A stretch of 60,198 nucleotides of DNA from an uncultured Nitrososphaerota archaeon (GCA_964618805.1 CAZUBM010000006.1:22831-83028), one strand, 5' to 3'. Shown: positions 40,005-50,816, numbered from the stretch's first letter. The notes: generated by a model not told the origin, from the sequence alone. A program made the numbers and translations.

Positions 40005-41486
40005 ATGAGTGAGAGGTTTATTTTGTCAGTCGATATCGGAACAACTGTTTGCAAAGCTGCGATCTTTGACTTATATGGGCATGAAATCGCTTATACACAT
40101 AGTGAGTATGACATTTTATCTCCTGTTCAAGGTTGGGCTGAACAAGATCCACTCTTATGGTGGAAAACTGTGCAGAAAGTTGTAAGAGAATGTTTGGATA
40201 AGTCTAGAATATCCTCGAATAAAATAATAGGTATAGGCGTCACTGGCCAAGATCCAGCTGTAGTTCCGATAGATGAGAGAGGGAATCCTCTTAGACACTC
40301 CATAATTTGGATGGATCAGAGGGCATCAACCCAATCAATTTTCATAGAAAGAGAAACTGGAAAGAAGTTCAGTCCATCTTCATTTGTCTCAAAGCTTTTG
40401 TGGATTAAAGAGGTCGAACCTCAAGTATATCGAGCTGCCTTCAAATTTTTGAAATCTGCATCAGATTTCATAACGTATCTACTAAGCCAAAATCCCACTC
40501 GTGCTATACATAAGCCCGAAAAAGCAGTTTATGAAGTTCTTGAGTTAATAGGATTCGATATTTCCAAGCTTCCTGAACCCATACTTGCTAATAGGGTAGC
40601 TGGTAATCTCACTAGTTATGCTGCAAAAGCCCTGGGATTGCCTGAGGATATACCTGTGATTAATGGAGGTGTTGATGGTGTCTGTGCTACTTATGGTGTT
40701 GGTGTCAGTAATCCTGGAGAAGCATCTGCTATTTTAGGTACGTCGACCTGCCTAAATGTTTGCTCGGAGAAGGAGATAATTGACCCAAAAAACAGAATTT
40801 GGACAGGTTTTAATCTTATACTTGAGAAATGGTTTGCATCTGGGTGCACAAATACATCTGGTGCATCTTATAGATGGTTCAAAGATAATTTTTGCCAAAT
40901 AGAAGCTAAACAGGCCAAGAGTGTCGGTCTAAATCCATATAAGTACTTAGATAAGCAAGCTGAGACCGTGAAGCCAGGATGTGATGGTCTTATATTCCTC
41001 CCATATCTGCGGGGAGAGAGAAGTCCCATTTGGGATCCAAATGCAAGAGGGGTTTTCTTTGGAATAACTCTATCTCATAAGAAGCCTCACTTTATAAGAG
41101 CTATCCTTGAGGGATGCGCTTTTTCACTATATGATATAGCCCGTGCTATAGAAGAAACTAGTTTAAATATTAAGGAAGTAAGGGTATGTGGTGGTGGAGC
41201 AAAAAGTACTTTATGGAGGCAAATACACGCAGATATACTTGGAAAGCGAGTACTATTACCTGAAGTCACTAATGCAACCTTGTTGGGTGCATCTATTTTA
41301 GTTGCTTGTGCTACTGGCATATTTAAGAACATATATGAGGCCATTAGAGGCATGGTCAGGATATCAGAGTGTAACGAGCCCAACCTGGAACTTCACAAGC
41401 ACTATATGGAGATTTACAAAACCTATAAAGAACTCTATCTTAGTCTAAGAGGCCTATTCAAGTCTAATAGCCGGATTTCTGGCTAA
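40005..41486 (+). CDS. FGGY-family (xylulokinase-like) kinase
   Basis: DIGTT, AEQDP, WMDQR, LPYLRGERSP and GGGAKS motifs. Confidence 0.92.
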   Translation: MSERFILSVDIGTTVCKAAIFDLYGHEIAYTHSEYDILSPVQGWAEQDPLLWWKTVQKVVRECLDKSRISSNKIIGIGVTGQDPAVVPIDERGNPLRHSIIWMDQRASTQSIFIERETGKKFSPSSFVSKLLWIKEVEPQVYRAAFKFLKSASDFITYLLSQNPTRAIHKPEKAVYEVLELIGFDISKLPEPILANRVAGNLTSYAAKALGLPEDIPVINGGVDGVCATYGVGVSNPGEASAILGTSTCLNVCSEKEIIDPKNRIWTGFNLILEKWFASGCTNTSGASYRWFKDNFCQIEAKQAKSVGLNPYKYLDKQAETVKPGCDGLIFLPYLRGERSPIWDPNARGVFFGITLSHKKPHFIRAILEGCAFSLYDIARAIEETSLNIKEVRVCGGGAKSTLWRQIHADILGKRVLLPEVTNATLLGASILVACATGIFKNIYEAIRGMVRISECNEPNLELHKHYMEIYKTYKELYLSLRGLFKSNSRISG

Positions 41487-42306
41487 CTTCTTTTTTATAA
41501 AGGTCCATAGTGTTCAATTCTTCTAAAAATTGTAGAAGAGTATGCACGACTTCCTCTATTATTGTTTTTCCTATAGATTGAGATGCGAATGTCGGGTCTC
41601 CTACAGTCCCAGTATCTGTAAAGATTTCTCGGACATGAAACCATCCGAATGATATAATAGAGGGTATTCTAGTGTCTATCTTCAAAAATTTTGACTTTAT
41701 AAATTTCTTAGGATATTGAGCAATTGCCTTATCCATTTTCACAAGTTCTGGACGAATTGCGAGCATACATGAGGTCATCAGCTCACCTGCATGGGCTACA
41801 CCACCTTCACTGGATGTGAGATGTCTAGTTACATTGGAGAAGAAAGGGGTTGTATGAAAAACGAAAACTCCGAAGTCTCTCCCTATGTTCCTGCTAACCA
41901 CATCCAAGAGACCTTTGTTTCCTCCATGTCCATTTAATATGAGAATCCTTTTTGCTCCGTGTTGGATAAGACTTGCACAAATGTCATATAGAACGGAAAT
42001 TAACGTTTCGGCTCTAAGTGAAATCGTACCTGGATAATCCATGTGTTCCTGTGAATATCCGTAATAGAGAGGAGGAGTCACGACGACATCTAATCCTTTC
42101 TCTAGGGCTTTTTCCGCAAGCTTTATTGCTATATGATAGACAACCTCTGAATCTGCACCCAGAGGTAGATGCAGTCCCTGCTGTTCAATGGATCCTATAG
42201 GCACAATAACAATACATGCCCTTTTGATTGCATCCTCTGCTTCCGGCCAAGTTAATTCATGAAGCAGAAATCTCTTATTCTTGGCACTTCCCATATTTTC
42301 AATCAC
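41464..42306 (-). CDS. Creatininase-family amidohydrolase
   Basis: PIGSIEQQGLHLPLGAD, EHMDYPGT, NGHGGN and HAGELMTS motifs. Confidence 0.9.
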   Translation of the reverse strand: MIENMGSAKNKRFLLHELTWPEAEDAIKRACIVIVPIGSIEQQGLHLPLGADSEVVYHIAIKLAEKALEKGLDVVVTPPLYYGYSQEHMDYPGTISLRAETLISVLYDICASLIQHGAKRILILNGHGGNKGLLDVVSRNIGRDFGVFVFHTTPFFSNVTRHLTSSEGGVAHAGELMTSCMLAIRPELVKMDKAIAQYPKKFIKSKFLKIDTRIPSIISFGWFHVREIFTDTGTVGDPTFASQSIGKTIIEEVVHTLLQFLEELNTMDLYKKEVSQKSGY

Positions 42307-42309
42307 CCC

Positions 42310-43140
42310 TTAGATTAAACCTTTTCCGTATACTATCAAGAAATACATGCTCACAGCAAAGTGCAATATACTCAGGACAACAAGGGTTAAATCTAAAGCT
42401 GAGAGTTTGATTTTCCATGGGCACCTAACGCTATATGCCCCAAATCCTCTAATTAAAGCGCTTACTGTAACTCTGTCTACGTAATTAATTGTTTGTCTTG
42501 TAAGGGGAATTACAGCTGGTGCTGCTCTCTTAACCAAGACAATTGGATTTTTCGACCGGAGATTCCACCCTCTGAGTTTTTGAGCAATTATAGTAGTAGA
42601 GAAGGCTCTATATATGTCAGGAATAAACTTGTATGCTACTGTTACTATATAGATAATCTGATGCGGCACTCGCAGAGCCCAGAGCGTTTTTATCAGATCG
42701 TTAATAGACGTCGTATATAGAAACGTGAAAGTGAGCAAAATTATTATGGGAATTCGGAACGTTGCCGATACGGCCCATAGAAAGCCCCCTACAGTTAAGC
42801 GAATATCCCCAATAAACGGGATAGATGCGCTCAAAAGAACTTTTCCTGCTATCTCTGGGGGAAGTACCTTATATAAGCTAGGATTTGATTGAGCGACTCC
42901 AAAAACAAGGTTTTGAGCGAACTGGTATATTACTATAGGCAGGATAGGAAGAATCCATCTCTTTGGAACTCGTGCTATGGTAAACATCGTAGTACCCATC
43001 GCTGCAATAATTAACAGATATATCGGATCAAAATAAAACGTTGCAAGAAGAGACAACACTATTAATATGACAAATTTGGTGAATGGATGTAGCTTATGAA
43101 TGGGTGTATCTTTAAACTCGTATTCTAACCATACAGGCAT
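42310..43140 (-). CDS. ecfT: ECF transporter T component
   Basis: IHKLHPFTK, AQKLRG and LIRGF motifs. Confidence 0.88.
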   Translation of the reverse strand: MPVWLEYEFKDTPIHKLHPFTKFVILIVLSLLATFYFDPIYLLIIAAMGTTMFTIARVPKRWILPILPIVIYQFAQNLVFGVAQSNPSLYKVLPPEIAGKVLLSASIPFIGDIRLTVGGFLWAVSATFRIPIIILLTFTFLYTTSINDLIKTLWALRVPHQIIYIVTVAYKFIPDIYRAFSTTIIAQKLRGWNLRSKNPIVLVKRAAPAVIPLTRQTINYVDRVTVSALIRGFGAYSVRCPWKIKLSALDLTLVVLSILHFAVSMYFLIVYGKGLI

Positions 43141-44903
43141 TATGCTTCACCCATCATCTCCTTAATAATTGGAATAACTACTTCTGGAGTCAATACATTA
43201 TCAGGAATTGCTTTTATCTTGCGAGCTAATAATACAGTAGGTGGAGGAGTTAGAGCCGCTTCCTCAAGCTCTTTTTCATGCATAAATACTTCATGTACTG
43301 GACCATCTAGCAAAATCTTCCCATCCTTCATCACTATAACTCTGTCGCAATATTTCGCGATAAGCTTCATGTGATGCATAATTACAATTATAGTATGTCC
43401 CTCCCTCCTAAGTTCACTTAATACATTCATAACATGAATTGCTCCTTGATAATCTAAACCGTTAGTTGGTTCATCAACGATGAGCACTTTGGGTTTCAAG
43501 ACTAGCAAGCTTGCTATAGCTACTAATGTCTTCAAATCTTTAGTAAGATTTATTATCATATCATTCTCATGTCCCTCCAAATCAAGGGTTTTTAACACTT
43601 CAGAGATTCTTTCTTTAATATCACTAGTAGCAAGACCCTTCATTTTCAATCCGAAGGAGAGCTCTTCTACTACGTTTTTACTAAAAAGCTGATGGTCTGG
43701 ATTCTGAAATACATAATTTATGTGGCTACAGAGATCTTCTACTTGACTCTTGACTACATCGATCCCATTTACAATAATTTTAGCATCTGGATTAGTTGGC
43801 TTCAGCACACCTACAAGATTAAGTGCAAGCGTAGTCTTACCAGATCCGTTTTGTCCGATCAATCCAACCATCTCTCCCTCGTAAATATCAAGATTTACAT
43901 TATCTAGTGCCTTTACCCCATTAGGATAGACAAAAGTTAGGTTTCTTACTGATATCACAGGTCTCCTTCTAATATGGTTATCCTGAATTTCCCTTGAGAT
44001 ACTAGCATATTTAGATGCCTCTTTCTTACCCCTGTAATACTCTACTGGAAATTTCTCTAAAAATTTCTCCAAGAGTTCTGCAGCCTCATCTATAGTAAGA
44101 GGGATATGAATGTTCTCTTCTTGTTTGATACATTCTGCAAAAATTTTAACTAATTCGGGTAATCCAACACCGATTTTATCGAATATTTCATAATTATACG
44201 TGAAAGCGTTCGCAGGTGAGTCATCCAGTAAGACTCTACCCTTATCTATAAGCACAACTCTATCTAAGATGCCTATCACGCTTTCTAGATCTGTTCCTGA
44301 CTCTGTAATTATACAGGTGAGTCCATGCTTATCTCGCAATTCCTGAATAGCTGAGAGTACAGAACGTTTACCTATCGGATCTAACATAGAGATTGGTTCA
44401 TCTAACGCTAAGATTTTAGGTCTCATTGCAAGTAAACCAGCTATTGCTAATCTTTGTTGCTGTCCACCAGATAATTCTCTGGGATTTCTAAACTCTAAAC
44501 CATCTAATCCCGTAACTTTAAGAGCCCATTTGACTCTTTCTTCAATTTTCTCAGGGGGAAGGCCCATGTTTAGTGGTCCAAAAGAAACATCATCAAAAAC
44601 ACTCAATGAAAATATTTGTGCGGTCGGATCACTTAGTACTATTCCTACATGGCGAACCAATTCGTTTATTGTGTGCTCCCTGACATCTAGCCCATCAACT
44701 ATGATTCTTCCCTTTAGTTCTCCAGGAAACTCATAGGGTATAAGTCCATTCAAACATCTCAGGAGAGAGGTCTTACCGGCACCGATAGGACCAAAAATCC
44801 CAACTATTTCACCCTGCTTAATTCTTAGGTTAAGGTTCCTTAATGCTGGTTCTTTTGCTCCCAAGTAATTGAATGTAACATTTTCTAATATAACAGCATC
44901 CAT
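43140..44903 (-). CDS. ecfA: ECF transporter fused double ATPase (A-A')
   Basis: Two Walker A motifs (GPIGAGKT, GQNGSGKT), LSGGQQQR and DEP. Confidence 0.92.
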   Translation of the reverse strand: MDAVILENVTFNYLGAKEPALRNLNLRIKQGEIVGIFGPIGAGKTSLLRCLNGLIPYEFPGELKGRIIVDGLDVREHTINELVRHVGIVLSDPTAQIFSLSVFDDVSFGPLNMGLPPEKIEERVKWALKVTGLDGLEFRNPRELSGGQQQRLAIAGLLAMRPKILALDEPISMLDPIGKRSVLSAIQELRDKHGLTCIITESGTDLESVIGILDRVVLIDKGRVLLDDSPANAFTYNYEIFDKIGVGLPELVKIFAECIKQEENIHIPLTIDEAAELLEKFLEKFPVEYYRGKKEASKYASISREIQDNHIRRRPVISVRNLTFVYPNGVKALDNVNLDIYEGEMVGLIGQNGSGKTTLALNLVGVLKPTNPDAKIIVNGIDVVKSQVEDLCSHINYVFQNPDHQLFSKNVVEELSFGLKMKGLATSDIKERISEVLKTLDLEGHENDMIINLTKDLKTLVAIASLLVLKPKVLIVDEPTNGLDYQGAIHVMNVLSELRREGHTIIVIMHHMKLIAKYCDRVIVMKDGKILLDGPVHEVFMHEKELEEAALTPPPTVLLARKIKAIPDNVLTPEVVIPIIKEMMGEA

Positions 44904-44930
44904 CCTATATCTCTATGCCTCCATAAATCA

Positions 44931-45728
44931 TTATCTTTCCAAAGCTCTAGCTTTATATGCCTCCTCCCCTATAACCGCCCCTATTATTACAAATGCCACA
45001 CAAGTTGGGTACCATGTTGTTATCACTCTAATTATCCCTAATAGGCTTGCTGGCCATGGATTTCTCAATATTTGACTATATATCCCCCATCCGAAATAGT
45101 GGATTGCAATCATGGCAACTACACATAGAACTTTAGCTATCGTTCTCTTTCTACCTGTAAATTTACCATCTCTTAGAAAATACCAGTAAATGTAGGAGCC
45201 AAGAGCCCATATAGAAGCATCAAGCATCCCAAAGAATGGAACTAATGCAGGCAACGCCCAGGGCATGCCTCCTATAAGCCATCGGAAGGGAGCACCAACA
45301 ATGAATGTTACAAAAACGACTAGAGGGCCATAGAAAACGGAAGCAAAAGAAGCTACAATTGCTGGAACATCTATATTTACGCCAGTAGGTAGGCCTGATA
45401 CAGCATATAGAGCTATTAGAATAGCGATAGCTGTTAATGTGCGGGGGGAAAAGACCTTATACTTTGCACCAGCAACATATTTTCCAGGTGGTGCAAGCCA
45501 TTTCGGATTCCTTGTAGAGAGATAAGTAGCGATTAGAGCAGGGATTAACCATACAAATATTGATGCAAGGTAGATAACCATGATTCTAGCGGGCGCATCG
45601 GCATATCCCAGGGCTTCACTCCAAGGAGCTTTTATTACTATTATGGCGGCACCTATTATCCAACTTGCTACCATACCAACAACTGCTGATGAATACCTAA
45701 CTCTTGTACTTGTAATAGATCCCATCAA
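44931..45728 (-). CDS. Putative ECF substrate-specific (S) component
   Basis: Polytopic membrane protein directly upstream of ecfA-ecfT, with a YGP helix motif. Confidence 0.65.
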   Translation of the reverse strand: MMGSITSTRVRYSSAVVGMVASWIIGAAIIVIKAPWSEALGYADAPARIMVIYLASIFVWLIPALIATYLSTRNPKWLAPPGKYVAGAKYKVFSPRTLTAIAILIALYAVSGLPTGVNIDVPAIVASFASVFYGPLVVFVTFIVGAPFRWLIGGMPWALPALVPFFGMLDASIWALGSYIYWYFLRDGKFTGRKRTIAKVLCVVAMIAIHYFGWGIYSQILRNPWPASLLGIIRVITTWYPTCVAFVIIGAVIGEEAYKARALER

Positions 45729-45849
45729 TTAAATAGGTCCAATCCAAAATCTTTTAAATCTTCGCTTGCATTTTATGTACATATAATAAAAGCGAAGATT
45801 AAGGTAAGCAATAAGTGGTTTCCTCTAAAAACTTCCACCAAGAAGCAAT

Positions 45850-46047
45850 TTACCTTATTAAATATGGAAGGACTAAAGTTATAGCTCCTTTTGGACATTC
45901 TATTACGCAGGAACCACAATACCAACACTCGTCAGCGTACTTAAGAAAGGCTTTTTTCGAATTCTCATCTATTCGAATCACATCACATGGGCATATATTG
46001 ACACATTTTCCGCAGCCATCACATTTATGAACATCTATTTTTATCAT
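45850..46047 (-). CDS. 2x[4Fe-4S] ferredoxin (AprB/AsfB-like)
   Basis: CDGCGKCVNICP and ECWYCGSCVIECP..LPYLIR. Confidence 0.9.
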   Translation of the reverse strand: MIKIDVHKCDGCGKCVNICPCDVIRIDENSKKAFLKYADECWYCGSCVIECPKGAITLVLPYLIR

Positions 46048-47699
46048 TCTAGAACACCCCTTTTCAACTTTATGGGCGCAGGTTTTGTGAGAATCTGTAT
46101 CTTTTTCGTTTTTTTATCTAATTTGAGGATGAGGAATTTCTGCCAGTTTCTGTCATCTCTGGACGGGTAATCAATCCGGTAGTGAAAGATGCCCCATCGA
46201 CTTTCTTGTCTTGCCAACGAAGCTAGAGCACTCATTTCTGCGCAATCTAGTATAAAATGAACCTCTAATGCTCTCATAAGTTGATGAGGATCGTCTGCCT
46301 TTAATCTCAAAAGATCTTTCTTAAATCTACTTATATAGTAGAGTGCTGTTTTCAACTTCCTTTCCGATTTCGGACTATCAATATACTCGTTAATGATCCT
46401 CCTAAGCTTGAATTCTAGTAGCCTAGGAGGAATATCTCCCTTTGATTCAAGAGGCATAAAGACCCTATTTCTCTCCGATTCTATTTGTTTCTTATCAATC
46501 TCGGGCATGGGAACGGAAGAAGCATATTTTGCTGCGTTCCTTCCTGCTATTTCGCCAAATATAAGGGCACCAGGTAGACAACCACCTAGAGCAACAACAT
46601 CGCCTGCAGCATAAAGACCAACTAAGGAAGTTTCAGCTTTTTCATTAATTACCAAACCTGAAAAACCATGACCACCGCAAAGCACAGGACCGCTTAGAGT
46701 TATCTCGACATCATCCCTTTTGAGGTCAATTCCTCTAGAACTAAAGAATTCTTTAATAGTTGGTCGCTCTACCGTAAACATCCCGTTCATAATTCTCTCC
46801 AGAACCTCGTCTGGTAAGTGACTAAATCTCATGTAAATCGGTGCTCTTCCCTCACTCATTTCTCTCCACATAGCCCATAATGTTAAGTAACTTGGTTCCT
46901 CCTTTCCTCCATATCTCTCCATAAATCTTTCGCCTAGTGCATTTATCAGATGACATCCGTAGTGCAGAAAAGAATAGGCCGGACCCGCGAAGTCTTTTAT
47001 CATAAACATTTTTCGAGTGCATTCCATGTTCATTAATTCAGCTCCAGCCCTAAAAGCGAGCGAGTATCCATCTCCAGCGCATGAGGGACAATCAAATGTA
47101 CCAAAAAGATATCCTGTTTTGGGTAATCCAAAGCGTGCTGCTGAACCAGCAGTCAAAACAGTAGCTTTTGCCTTATATACGAAAAATTCTCCAGAGCGTA
47201 CATTTAGAGCAGTTGCTCCAACAACCCTATTTCCCTGGGTCAATAAGCTAGTTGCCATGGTTCTTTCTATAACTTTAACACCATGGCTTAGAACTTTCTG
47301 AAATAGGATAGATTTGAGATCTCCGCGCATTTCAACAAAAAACTTCCCCCGTACTAAATAATTCCCTTTTTCATCTTTTGGAAAGATCACTCCCCAATTC
47401 TCTAACTTTTTTAGTAAATTAAAACTTTCTTTTCCCAATATATATATAAGATTTTGATCTAAAATTTTTTCTGTCATTACATTAAAAAAATCAATATATT
47501 CTCGTAATGTACCGATTCCTGGTACTACAACATAATTTAAATGATCCATCCCTCTTCCAACCGAGCCACCCCTTTTTACACATGTCTTTTCTAAGAGGGT
47601 AACATCTAATTCAGGATTCTTATTTTTAGCTGCTATACTGGCCATACACCCTGCCGCACCACCACCTATAACAAGTATATCTGTCTCTATAATTTCCAA
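46044..47699 (-). CDS. APS reductase alpha / succinate dehydrogenase-superfamily flavoprotein (AsfA-like)
   Basis: LVIGGGAAG, GMDHLN, RFGLPKTGYLFGTFD..AGDG, LCGGHGFSG and RQESRWG.FHYR.DYP motifs. Confidence 0.82.
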   Translation of the reverse strand: MEIIETDILVIGGGAAGCMASIAAKNKNPELDVTLLEKTCVKRGGSVGRGMDHLNYVVVPGIGTLREYIDFFNVMTEKILDQNLIYILGKESFNLLKKLENWGVIFPKDEKGNYLVRGKFFVEMRGDLKSILFQKVLSHGVKVIERTMATSLLTQGNRVVGATALNVRSGEFFVYKAKATVLTAGSAARFGLPKTGYLFGTFDCPSCAGDGYSLAFRAGAELMNMECTRKMFMIKDFAGPAYSFLHYGCHLINALGERFMERYGGKEEPSYLTLWAMWREMSEGRAPIYMRFSHLPDEVLERIMNGMFTVERPTIKEFFSSRGIDLKRDDVEITLSGPVLCGGHGFSGLVINEKAETSLVGLYAAGDVVALGGCLPGALIFGEIAGRNAAKYASSVPMPEIDKKQIESERNRVFMPLESKGDIPPRLLEFKLRRIINEYIDSPKSERKLKTALYYISRFKKDLLRLKADDPHQLMRALEVHFILDCAEMSALASLARQESRWGIFHYRIDYPSRDDRNWQKFLILKLDKKTKKIQILTKPAPIKLKRGVLE

Positions 47700-48154
47700 T
47701 GTAAAAACCCTGCTCCTAGAGTATTTTCTATTTTTTAACCATTACTCTAAACAGAATCAAGATATGTTTCCGTTATAAAAGAATCTCCTTTGGGCAGGGC
47801 GCCAAAGGCTCCTTCCAAAATGCCGGAAAATTTTAACTCAGCCAATTAACCGCTCACAAGTCCAGAGAATTTCCTAGAGGATAAGCCGCTAACTTGGTAA
47901 CAGCTTTAGCCAAACTTGGATCTAAGTAAGGTTTCCGAGAAAAGTTGGAGGGGATAGCTTTGGGAGAATGCTCTTAAAGAGACAGATATTATTACCCTTA
48001 TTACCTTGGTTCTCTTCATCTTTATGAACCATGTTAATGCCTTGCATAACAGACAATCGCTTTTTCTAGAAGAGAGTGTTTATGATTACGAAAGCAGAGT
48101 TTAGAGCTAAAGTAAAGTGCGTGCTATACGTGAAAGTACAATGTCAGCATTACT

Positions 48155-48281
48155 TCTGAACTTATTCTTCTCAATCACTCAGAACAATCCCCTTGCTCAG
48201 ATTGAGAAGAGCGATTGAGCGGTCGCTCAGAACATGGACCATCGTGCCTGAAGAATGAGTAAGTCTCTTAGAGGCATCAAG
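48155..48281 (+). repeat. Imperfect direct repeat, copy 2, with ~50-bp insert forming an 11-bp stem
   Basis: Matches 37852-37929; TCTTCTCAATC (48166-48176) pairs with GATTGAGAAGA (48200-48210). Confidence 0.85.
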
Positions 48282-48312
48282 GCTTTATATTTCCCAGAGA
48301 TCTCTCAAATAG

Positions 48313-49347
48313 GTGCAGATCTTGAAGTGTCTAGTTTATCGCGGTCGAATGGATGTAAGGGTGGAGGAGTGCCCGAAACCAGAGATAAGCTCTAAAGAGG
48401 TGTTAGTTAAGGTTCTTGCCTGTGGACTTTGCACGACAGATGTCAAAACGATAAGAAAGGGCCACAGATACATAAAGCCTCCTTGTGTTTTAGGACATGA
48501 GATAGCAGGGAAGATAGTTGAGATAGGGGAGGATGTGAAGGGATTTAGGGAGGGGGATCCTGTAGTAGTGGCCCCCTACGTCCCTTGCGACTCCTGTTAC
48601 TTCTGCTTAAAGAGCCAGTATTCTCTATGTAGCAGGCTCTTCGAGCAATTTCCTAGACCAGGAGGCTTTGCAGAATTCGTTGCTGTACCAGAAAGAATTG
48701 TGAAAAAGGGACTCATAAGAATGGAAGGAGTTAAGCCGGAAGAAGCGTGTCTCACAGAACCCCTCGCATGTTGTCTTCATGGAATGAGGAACTTAAACCT
48801 ACAGCCTCTAGATACCGTTCTTATCATCGGATCAGGTCCAATGGGTCTCATGCTTCTGCAGGTAGCCAAGCTCTTTGGTTCTTCTGAGGTTATTGTAAGC
48901 GATTTGCTGGACGAAAGGTTGGATGTTGCGTCAAGGCTAGGAGCTGACATTACACTTAACCCAGCGAAAGAAAAGGTTTCTACGCGAGTGAAAGATCTAA
49001 CAGGAGGAAGAGGGGTGGATAAGGTTATTGTAGCTGTTGGCTCTCCTGAAGCAATTTCTCAAGGGATGTCATGCGTTAGGAAAGGTGGTACTGTTCTGTT
49101 ATTTGGAGGTTGTCCTCCAGGAACCGCAATGGAAATAGATCCCAACTTCTTGCACTATGGTGAGGTAAATCTAGTTGGAAGCTTTGGTTTTAGTCCTTCT
49201 GACTTCTTTTCCGCTGCTCTCATAATAAGGAGGGGGATTATAAGGTTTAAGGAGATAATATCTGAGAAAGTGGGATTTGATCGCGTTTTAGAGGCGGTTA
49301 AGCTGGTTTCAGAGGCGAAACGTTTGAAGGTGGTGGTTTTACCTTGA
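48313..49347 (+). CDS. Zn-dependent polyol/sugar dehydrogenase (MDR family), second copy
   Basis: CGLCTTD, LGHEIAG, CDSCYFC..C and GSGPMG motifs. Confidence 0.92.
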   Translation: MQILKCLVYRGRMDVRVEECPKPEISSKEVLVKVLACGLCTTDVKTIRKGHRYIKPPCVLGHEIAGKIVEIGEDVKGFREGDPVVVAPYVPCDSCYFCLKSQYSLCSRLFEQFPRPGGFAEFVAVPERIVKKGLIRMEGVKPEEACLTEPLACCLHGMRNLNLQPLDTVLIIGSGPMGLMLLQVAKLFGSSEVIVSDLLDERLDVASRLGADITLNPAKEKVSTRVKDLTGGRGVDKVIVAVGSPEAISQGMSCVRKGGTVLLFGGCPPGTAMEIDPNFLHYGEVNLVGSFGFSPSDFFSAALIIRRGIIRFKEIISEKVGFDRVLEAVKLVSEAKRLKVVVLP

Positions 49348-50816
49348 CTTGCGTTTTAGCAGTGGACATAGGAACCAGCGGATGTAAGCTAGCCTTAGTA
49401 GATCCATACGGAAGGGTAACCGCAAAAACTGCAGTTAGATACGAAGTTATACGTCCTAACTCGATTTGCGCTGAACAAAACCCTCATACCTGGTGGGAAG
49501 CCTTTAAAGAGGGGCTCTCCACGTTAATAGCGTCAAAAGATTCGGATGAAATAGTAGCTGTAGGGATCTCTGGCCAGTCTCCGGTTATTTTACCCGTTGA
49601 CTCGAGAGGGGATGTCCTCCACAATGCTCTTCTCTGGATGGACAGAAGAGCTGTTTCACAGGCCAAGAAACTTGCCGAGATCTTCGGGATTAGAGAGGAT
49701 CCATCCAATGCCTTGGCTAAGATCTTATGGTTTAGAGATGAGATGCCTCATTTATTCGCTAAAACTTACAAGTTCCTTCAAGCCTCCGATTACATAGCAT
49801 TTAGGCTTACTGGCACATGCGTCACGGACAAGTTCACAGCTATGACAGCTTTCTTCAATCCACATGAGTGGAAATGGCCGAAGGAAGTGGAAGACATGGG
49901 CATTATGGAGAAACTACCCGAAGTGGTAGAGCCAGGCTCTCCCATTGGACATGTCTCAAGATCTGCGTCAAAAGAGATAGGTTTAAGAGAGGATACCATA
50001 GTTACAGCTGGTTCTATAGACGCTTACCTTGCTTTGCTTGGCTCTGGGGCTGTAAAGCCTGGATCTGCATGTGATATTAGTGGTACATCGACCTGCCTCA
50101 TGATCACTTCATCTAAACCCGTTCATGATCCAAAGGAAAGGGTATTTTGCACTCCACACTTCTTGAATGATCTGTTTATAGTCTCTGGGGTTTTATCAAC
50201 AACTGGAGCTTCAATTAGCTGGTTTCTTGAAGAGTTTGGAAGAGAGGAAATGTTAAAGGCTTCAGAGATAGGGGAGGATCCTTTCAACCTGCTAATCTCA
50301 AGAGCCTCGAAAGTCCCACAAGGAGCTGAAGGACTTATATTCCTTCCCTACCTTGCAGGGGAGAGGAGCCCTATCTGGGATCCCTTTGCTAAGGGAGCGA
50401 TAATTGGACTAACCCTCAAGCATGGAAAAGGTCATGTCATAAGAGCCATATTGGAGGGATGTGCCTTTGGATTAAGACATGTCCTCGAAACCGCAGAGGA
50501 ATTAGGAGCTAATGTGAAAGAAATAAGAACTTGTGGAGGAGCTTCTAAAAGCGACTTGTTGTGTCAAATAAAGGCAAACGTAATTGGGAAACCCATTCTT
50601 ACATTGAGTGAGCCAGATGCATCATTAATTGGTGCCGCCATCCTAGCCTTCATTGGAAGCGGGATCTATAAGAAAGTCTTAGAAGCTATTGATTCTATTG
50701 TCAAGGTTAAGAAAGTCTTCATTCCAGAAGAGGAATCTAGAAGAGTATATGACCATTTATTTCACCTCTACAAGCGATCCTATGATGTTCTCAAAGAGAT
50801 ACTCCACAGTCTATGA
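49344..50816 (+). CDS. FGGY-family (xylulokinase-like) kinase, second copy
   Basis: DIGTS, AEQNP, WMDRR and LPYLAGERSP motifs. Confidence 0.92.
   Translation: MTCVLAVDIGTSGCKLALVDPYGRVTAKTAVRYEVIRPNSICAEQNPHTWWEAFKEGLSTLIASKDSDEIVAVGISGQSPVILPVDSRGDVLHNALLWMDRRAVSQAKKLAEIFGIREDPSNALAKILWFRDEMPHLFAKTYKFLQASDYIAFRLTGTCVTDKFTAMTAFFNPHEWKWPKEVEDMGIMEKLPEVVEPGSPIGHVSRSASKEIGLREDTIVTAGSIDAYLALLGSGAVKPGSACDISGTSTCLMITSSKPVHDPKERVFCTPHFLNDLFIVSGVLSTTGASISWFLEEFGREEMLKASEIGEDPFNLLISRASKVPQGAEGLIFLPYLAGERSPIWDPFAKGAIIGLTLKHGKGHVIRAILEGCAFGLRHVLETAEELGANVKEIRTCGGASKSDLLCQIKANVIGKPILTLSEPDASLIGAAILAFIGSGIYKKVLEAIDSIVKVKKVFIPEEESRRVYDHLFHLYKRSYDVLKEILHSL

Noticed and set aside
46044-47699. Evidence for dissimilatory sulfate reduction (aprAB)
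   Set aside because: Shorter than typical AprA, the ferredoxin lacks the AprB tail, and no sat/qmo/dsr is in the window.
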